Origin: Crocosphaera subtropica ATCC 51142
Lineage (GTDB): Bacteria; Cyanobacteriota; Cyanobacteriia; Cyanobacteriales; Microcystaceae
Direction: 5' to 3'
NCBI RefSeq assembly: GCF_000017845.1
Contig: NC_010546.1
Span: 1,440,001 to 1,472,000 of the forward strand
DNA: 32,000 nt
In this document: positions 26,782 to 32,000 of the stretch, piece by piece
Position numbering within the stretch: position 1 is the first letter of the stretch
How the letters are laid out: every line of letters starts with the position of its first letter
The notes under the pieces: model-generated
What the model was told of the DNA's origin: nothing
Seen by the model: only the letters and a program-made list of their open reading frames with translations
Database searches by the model: none
Program-made: the position numbers and the translations under genes

Positions 26782-28506
26782 ATGCAAACTGTTAAATGGT
26801 GGCAAAACGCCGTAATTTACCATATCTTGCCCCGTAGCTTTATGGACACCACTGGAGATGGAGAAGGGGATCTCAATGGCATTATCAGCAAATTAGACTA
26901 TATTTGCGCCTTGGGAGTTGATGCTATTTGGATGTGTCCCATTTACGAGTCGCCTAGAGAAGATTTAGGCTATGACCCAACAGACTTAAGAAACATCGAT
27001 CCCGTCTATGGTAATTTAGACGATTTTGATCGTCTGGTTAGTTTAGCCCAAGCCAGAGGCTTAAAAGTCTTTCTTGACCAAATTTGGAGTCATACCTCCC
27101 ATAAGCATCCTTGGTTCTTAGAAAGTCGTGAAAATCGAACCAATGCTAAAGCGGACTGGTATATTTGGGCTGATCCTAATCCAGACGGCACCCCTCCCAA
27201 TAACTGGCTGTCTGCCTTTGGGGGCAGTGCTTGGGCCTGGTGTCCCGAACGAGAACAATTTTATATGCACAACTTTCTCAAAAGCCAACCGGATCTTAAT
27301 TGGCATAACCCTGAAGTGATTGATGCGGTGTTTGAAGAAGCCCGTTTTTGGCTAGAGCGAGGGGTTGATGGATTTCGTCTCGATGCGGTTAATTTTTATA
27401 TCCATGATCCCGAACTGCGGAATAATCCCGTGCGATCGCCTGATGATCCCATTCCGGAAGGGGTATCGATGCGGAACCCCTTTGCTCGTCAATTGTTCGT
27501 TTACAATTTTTGTCGTCCTGAAACTATCGACTATTTAACCCGTATTCGTCAACTGGTGGCTGAATATGGTGTGATTACCCTAGGAGAAGTTACCCTTTGC
27601 GAAGATTCCGTTGCCCTGGCTGCTGAATATACAGCCGGTGATGAAAAACTGCATTTAGCTTATAATAGTGCGCTTTTATTTGAAGAACCGATGACGGCCA
27701 GTCGCATTCGTCATGCCCTAGAACGGGTGATTGACAAGTTCCAAGAAGATGACGGGATGTGTTGGATGGTGGGAAACCACGATTATGGGCGCTTACGCTC
27801 TTGTTGGACAGGACAAGATGAACAGGGGAACCCTTATTCGGATGAGTTTTATCAGATGATGGCCGGGGTATTAGTAAGTTTACCAGGGGCATTTTGTCTC
27901 TACCAAGGGGATGAACTGGGACTACCAGTCGCTCGCATTCCCGAAGATATCCCCGTTGAAGCCATGCAAGATCCGTTCGGAAAAGAACTCTATCCCGCTA
28001 TTCAAGGCCGAGATGGCTCTCGTACCCCCATTCCTTGGGTTTCTGATGCTCCTCATGCTGGATTTACCACAGGAGAAAAACCTTGGTTACCTATTCCTAA
28101 AAGTCATTTAGAACGAGCGGTGAATATAGAGGATAATGAACCGAATTCCTTACTGAATACCTGGCGCAGACTGTTGCACTGGCGCAAAGGACAACCAGCA
28201 ATGATGCACGGTAACTGTGAACTTATCGAAACTCCAGACCCCTTGTTTGGATTTATTCGGGAGACAGAAGAACAAAAGTTACTCTGTTTATTTAATATGA
28301 GTAGCGAACCCGTGGATTATGATCTCTCAGCTTATGATCCTTGTCGTCCTTTTCGCACTCCCTACCTCCGAAAATTAGAGATCAAAGATAAAAAGGTTCA
28401 TCTACCAGGATATGGAGCCTTTTTCGGCAGTTTATTATCGGTCAGCGAGCAAAGCGATCGCTTACCCTTTAGTCCTCCTGTGGCTAAAGACGTGATCCCG
28501 TCTTAG
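26782..28506 (+). CDS. GH13 alpha-glucosidase, paralog 2
   Basis: It is collinear with paralog 1 throughout: GFRLDAVNF, LGEVTLCED and VGNHDYGR. Region I reads LDQIWSHTS, with Ser in place of the usual Asn. Confidence 0.92.
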   Translation: MQTVKWWQNAVIYHILPRSFMDTTGDGEGDLNGIISKLDYICALGVDAIWMCPIYESPREDLGYDPTDLRNIDPVYGNLDDFDRLVSLAQARGLKVFLDQIWSHTSHKHPWFLESRENRTNAKADWYIWADPNPDGTPPNNWLSAFGGSAWAWCPEREQFYMHNFLKSQPDLNWHNPEVIDAVFEEARFWLERGVDGFRLDAVNFYIHDPELRNNPVRSPDDPIPEGVSMRNPFARQLFVYNFCRPETIDYLTRIRQLVAEYGVITLGEVTLCEDSVALAAEYTAGDEKLHLAYNSALLFEEPMTASRIRHALERVIDKFQEDDGMCWMVGNHDYGRLRSCWTGQDEQGNPYSDEFYQMMAGVLVSLPGAFCLYQGDELGLPVARIPEDIPVEAMQDPFGKELYPAIQGRDGSRTPIPWVSDAPHAGFTTGEKPWLPIPKSHLERAVNIEDNEPNSLLNTWRRLLHWRKGQPAMMHGNCELIETPDPLFGFIRETEEQKLLCLFNMSSEPVDYDLSAYDPCRPFRTPYLRKLEIKDKKVHLPGYGAFFGSLLSVSEQSDRLPFSPPVAKDVIPS

Positions 28507-28525
28507 TGGGGAAGGAGGAAGTGCC

Positions 28526-28553
28526 GGAGCAGGGAGCAGAGGGAGCAGGGAGA
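28526..28553 (+). repeat. Short tandem heptamer GGAGCAG (3 full copies plus a partial)
   Basis: ggagcag is at 28526-28532, 28533-28539 and 28542-28548, then ggaga. It starts about 20 nt after the paralog 2 stop codon. Confidence 0.7.
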
Positions 28554-28610
28554 ATGATAGTTAATTCAAATAGAAATGAGACAAAACGTGCCTACTGTAT
28601 TGTTAGCATA

Positions 28611-28627
28611 GTGAGCAAGATGCTCAC
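28611..28627 (+). other. Small hairpin gtgagc-aagat-gctcac in the paralog 2/3 spacer
   Basis: 6-bp perfect stem and 5-nt loop. The sequence is related to the hairpin at 24539-24555. Confidence 0.3.
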
Positions 28628-28739
28628 ACTCGGTGTGTCTCAAACTTATTTGCAACGACTATATTATTAAACTTATCTCGTCATCTCTGTCACTTCTGAC
28701 CAAACAATATTTTCAGTAAACCTTAAGTAGCGTGACTCT

Positions 28740-30413
28740 ATGAATTTATCGCTTGCCTCAAAACAATCTCAAGCACAAGATTGGTGGCGGAGTGCTGCCA
28801 TTTATCAAGTTTATCCTAGAAGCTTTTTCGACAGTAATGGGGACGGTATTGGAGATTTACCAGGGATTATTCAAAAATTAGACTATATTGCTCAACTCGA
28901 AGTGGATGCGGTTTGGATTTCTCCTTTCTTTAAATCGCCAATGAAAGACTTTGGTTACGATATTTCTGATTATCGAGCCGTTGAACCCATGTTCGGCACA
29001 ATGGAAGATTTCCAATTACTGTTAAAAGAAGCGCATGATCGCAATTTGAAAATTTTGATCGATCAAGTGTGGAATCATACCTCGGATCAACATCCTTGGT
29101 TTATGGAAAGTCGTAGCAGTCGGGATAATGCCAAAGCTGACTGGTATGTTTGGGAAGATGCTAAACCCGATGGTTCCCCACCTAATAATTGGCGGGCTAC
29201 CTTTGGAGGTAGTGCTTGGGAATGGGACGAAACCCGACAGCAATATTATTTACACAGTTTTTTAGTGTCTCAACCGGATCTAAATTGGTATAACCCAGAG
29301 GTTAAAGAGGCTATTTTTGATGTAGCTCGTTTTTGGTTAGATATGGGAGTAGATGGGTTTCGCCTCGATGTGGTTAATTTTTATCTCCACGATCGCCAAT
29401 TACGGGATAATCCTCCCCGTCCCCCAGAAATGAAACGCCCTGCCGGTGCTGATCCCAAAGATCCGTTTTTTGACTTTATCAATGTCCATAATTTCTGTCA
29501 ACCTGAAATCATTGATCTGCTCAAGTCCATTCGTGAGGTAATGGACGAATATCCTGGCACTACTACCCTCGCTGAAATTAGTAGCGCAGAAGATCCCTTA
29601 GTTTTAGCTAGTGAATATGTGTCGGGTAACGATAGATTACATACGGCGTATAACTCGGAATTAATGAAAGATGAGCCATTTAGTTACCCTAGACTCCGAG
29701 AAATGATTCAACGCATTGAAACTCATTTTCAAGATGGGGTCATTTGTTGGACAGCCGGAACCCATGATTTTCCTCGTTTTAAAAGTCGTTGGCAAAAGCA
29801 TCAAGAAATTGATCACTTTACCGAAGAAGCGTTTGAGCATATGTTAGCAGCTTTAATTCTTGCGCTTAAAGGTAGTTGCTGTATTTATCAAGGGGATGAG
29901 TTGGGGTTAACTCAGGCAGATATTCCTTACGAAAAAATGCAAGATCCTTTCGGGTTACAAGGGTATCCTGACATTTTAGGCCGAGATGGTTGTCGCACTC
30001 CCATGCCTTGGGACCCTTCAACCCATAACGCAGGGTTTACGACAGCCAAAGAACCCTGGTTGCCTATCCCTGATGAACATTGTCCGATGGCGGTAGACAT
30101 TCAAGAAAAGGAAACAATGTCATTACTGAATAAATACCGTCGCTTGTTTAGTTGGCGCAACCGACAACCGGCTTTACGCAATGGGGATCTAACATTACTC
30201 GACACACCCGAACCGTTATTAGGTTTCGCTCGTAAATGCGAAGAACAACACTTAATATGTTTATTCAATTTAAGCCCTGAGGCACTTCGTCACGACTTGT
30301 CTAATTATCCTAATTGTCAAGAATCGGATGAATCGGATTTTACCAATCGCAGATATGACCATACCATTGAAATTCCTGGGTATGGGGTCTTTTTTGGTAA
30401 TTGTTTGGGTTAA
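28740..30413 (+). CDS. GH13 alpha-glucosidase, paralog 3 (most divergent)
   Basis: IDQVWNHTS, GFRLDVVNF, TLAEISSAED and AGTHDFPR. All four catalytic regions are retained. Confidence 0.92.
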   Translation: MNLSLASKQSQAQDWWRSAAIYQVYPRSFFDSNGDGIGDLPGIIQKLDYIAQLEVDAVWISPFFKSPMKDFGYDISDYRAVEPMFGTMEDFQLLLKEAHDRNLKILIDQVWNHTSDQHPWFMESRSSRDNAKADWYVWEDAKPDGSPPNNWRATFGGSAWEWDETRQQYYLHSFLVSQPDLNWYNPEVKEAIFDVARFWLDMGVDGFRLDVVNFYLHDRQLRDNPPRPPEMKRPAGADPKDPFFDFINVHNFCQPEIIDLLKSIREVMDEYPGTTTLAEISSAEDPLVLASEYVSGNDRLHTAYNSELMKDEPFSYPRLREMIQRIETHFQDGVICWTAGTHDFPRFKSRWQKHQEIDHFTEEAFEHMLAALILALKGSCCIYQGDELGLTQADIPYEKMQDPFGLQGYPDILGRDGCRTPMPWDPSTHNAGFTTAKEPWLPIPDEHCPMAVDIQEKETMSLLNKYRRLFSWRNRQPALRNGDLTLLDTPEPLLGFARKCEEQHLICLFNLSPEALRHDLSNYPNCQESDESDFTNRRYDHTIEIPGYGVFFGNCLG

Positions 30414-30423
30414 TTAAGTTAGG

Positions 30424-30452
30424 AAGGTGGGCAATACCCACCTTATTTTTTT
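30424..30452 (+). terminator. Rho-independent terminator after paralog 3
   Basis: aaggtggg (30424-30431) / caata / cccacctt (30437-30444), followed by attttttt. Confidence 0.75.
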
Positions 30453-30524
30453 AGTAAAATAATAGAAATTAAACAACGACAACAACTTTGACACAGTGAA
30501 ATTTTGTACAATAGTTAATCAATT

Positions 30525-31031
30525 ATGACACAAGAATTGATAGAACTCAGGCAATATATTGAAGAGGGGCGGTATCAAGACGCACTAGGCATTATTGATG
30601 AATTAGAAGAAATGAGCAAAAAAGCGATCTTAGAAAAAATCCAAAGTTTTTTAGTAAGATTACTGATTCATCTAATTAAAAACCAAGTTGAACAACGTTT
30701 AACTAATTCTTGGGCGGTTTCAATTCGAGATTCTATTGTAAAAATACAATCCCTTAATCTTAAAGATAATAAAAAATCTTATTACATCAAAGAACAAGAA
30801 TGGCAAGACTTTTTAGAAGAAGCTTTAGACGATGCTATTTTTGCCGCTAGTATAGAAGTTTTTGAAGGTAAATATAATCCTTTTCAACTTAGAGAAAAGA
30901 TCAATGAAGAGGAGATCAAAAACATAACTTATGATTTATTAAAGATGACTTATACTTATTCAAAGAAAACAATTAGAGGCGAAATTAATCACCAACTCTC
31001 TAAATTACCAGGAGGAGATGAATGGGTATAA
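30525..31031 (+). CDS. Helical hypothetical protein, DUF29-like pattern
   Basis: The 168-aa ORF contains LEEMSKKAILEKIQSFLVRLLIHLIKNQVEQRLTNSWAVSIRDSI. This resembles the DUF29 core (E.L.....L..L..HLLK......R...SW...I) common in cyanobacteria. The family call is tentative. Confidence 0.6.
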   Translation: MTQELIELRQYIEEGRYQDALGIIDELEEMSKKAILEKIQSFLVRLLIHLIKNQVEQRLTNSWAVSIRDSIVKIQSLNLKDNKKSYYIKEQEWQDFLEEALDDAIFAASIEVFEGKYNPFQLREKINEEEIKNITYDLLKMTYTYSKKTIRGEINHQLSKLPGGDEWV

Positions 31032-31096
31032 TAAGCCCTTTTTTCAACAAGAATAATTGATTGATCTCCTAGAATTAATAGTAGACTGTACTTACC

Positions 31097-32000
31097 CTAA
31101 TTTTTTGCTCCTGCTTTAATTAAGAGTTGAATAATTTCAGTATTTCCTGTTCTCATAGCACGACTTAAAACCGTATCTCCCCATTCATCTCTAGTATTAA
31201 CATTAGCTCCAGCAGACAATAGTATTTTAACGATTTCAACATTATTTGCGTTAGCTGCTGCTTCGAGAGCATTCCAACCTTCAATAGTCTTAGCGTTAAC
31301 ATTTGCACCTGCTTTAAGTAATGTTTTGATAACTTCTAGTTGTTTAACTTGTATAGTATCTATTGAATAACTACGTCTTGGATAAATTAGATAAGTATCA
31401 CTAGCTGAATTAATTAATGGTGTTTCACCATCATCTTCTCTTCCTAGTTCAATATTAGCACCTACTTTTAATAGAATATGAACGATAGATGGATGATGAT
31501 TGCCTGCTGCTAAGTATAAAGCAGTACATCCCTCAGAATCAAAAGCATTAATATTAACTTTATTATTAATAGCATTAATTACTCCTTGTAAGTCATTTAA
31601 CGCTGCTACTTCTGTAAAATTTTCTGTTAATTTATCATTTAAACGTTGTCGATAAATGATACCTTTCCTAAGAGCTTGTTCTGCTTCTTCTCTTAATTCT
31701 GAAACAGTATAACGAAGCAAATAATCAAAGATGTCTTGATAACCTTGTTCAGCAGCATGAACCAGAGCATAATAACCATTATCAGAAACAATATTAACAT
31801 TAGCTCCATTTTCGATTAAGGCTTTAACCAGTGGCATATTGCCATCACAAACTGCTTTCATTAAAATAGTTTCGCCTTCGCTATCTATAAGTTTTTGGTT
31901 AATATCAATACCAGTTTTGACTAATTCTAATAAAATTTCAGTTTTTTCTTTATATTTACTTCTTTCTAATAACCACTGACTTTCCTGATTTACTAATGCT
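31097..32000 (-). CDS. Ankyrin-repeat protein, 5' end beyond the window
   Basis: It has multiple ANK repeats (LIENGANVN, LLKVGANIE, LLKAGANVNAKT, LLSAGANVNTRD). I extended the frame upstream of the track Met (31861) and it stays open to position 32000 (...ALVNQESQWLLERSKYKEKTEILLELVKTGIDINQKLIDSEGETILMKAV...). Confidence 0.9.
   Translation of the reverse strand, partial: ALVNQESQWLLERSKYKEKTEILLELVKTGIDINQKLIDSEGETILMKAVCDGNMPLVKALIENGANVNIVSDNGYYALVHAAEQGYQDIFDYLLRYTVSELREEAEQALRKGIIYRQRLNDKLTENFTEVAALNDLQGVINAINNKVNINAFDSEGCTALYLAAGNHHPSIVHILLKVGANIELGREDDGETPLINSASDTYLIYPRRSYSIDTIQVKQLEVIKTLLKAGANVNAKTIEGWNALEAAANANNVEIVKILLSAGANVNTRDEWGDTVLSRAMRTGNTEIIQLLIKAGAKN

Overview
This window looks like a chromosomal segment from an AT-rich cyanobacterium. 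The evidence is nine exact HIP1 octamers (GCGATCGC), an acyl-ACP reductase gene (aar), and a DUF3386-like gene. By inference only, the gene set resembles a unicellular Cyanothece/Crocosphaera-type organism.

Housekeeping genes are aar, uvrC, thrC and tRNA-Gly(CCC). They are interleaved with accessory-looking content:
- Five dispersed genes for secreted proteins that end in a PEP-CTERM-type sorting signal, one of them fused to a CHRD domain. No exosortase gene is in the window.
- A 761-aa secreted metzincin-like protease.
- A tightly spaced three-gene minus-strand operon: N-terminally extended TspO, an MpaB/DUF2236-like oxygenase, and a secreted FG-GAP-like protein. A GMC oxidoreductase lies nearby.
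- Three tandem paralogous GH13 alpha-glucosidases.
- An approximately 1.8 kb IS bounded by perfect 16-bp inverted repeats. Its DDE transposase frame is broken only by one TGA sitting inside a 45-nt palindrome. It also carries an in-frame GC-rich 36-nt palindromic block flanked by CTCCTC repeats.
- Two gene relics: the C-terminus of an EAL domain and the H-loop of an ABC ATPase.
- Both window edges cut genes: an 81-bp/27-aa tandem-repeat membrane protein on the left and an ankyrin-repeat protein on the right.

I do not see a recognisable defence, CRISPR or toxin-antitoxin locus, and I cannot demonstrate a single coherent novel multi-gene system. The best candidates for follow-up are the tspO-mpaB-FG-GAP operon, the PEP-CTERM cargo cluster with the protease, and the palindromic mini-elements inside the transposase. 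All function calls come from motif recognition by eye, not from database searches.
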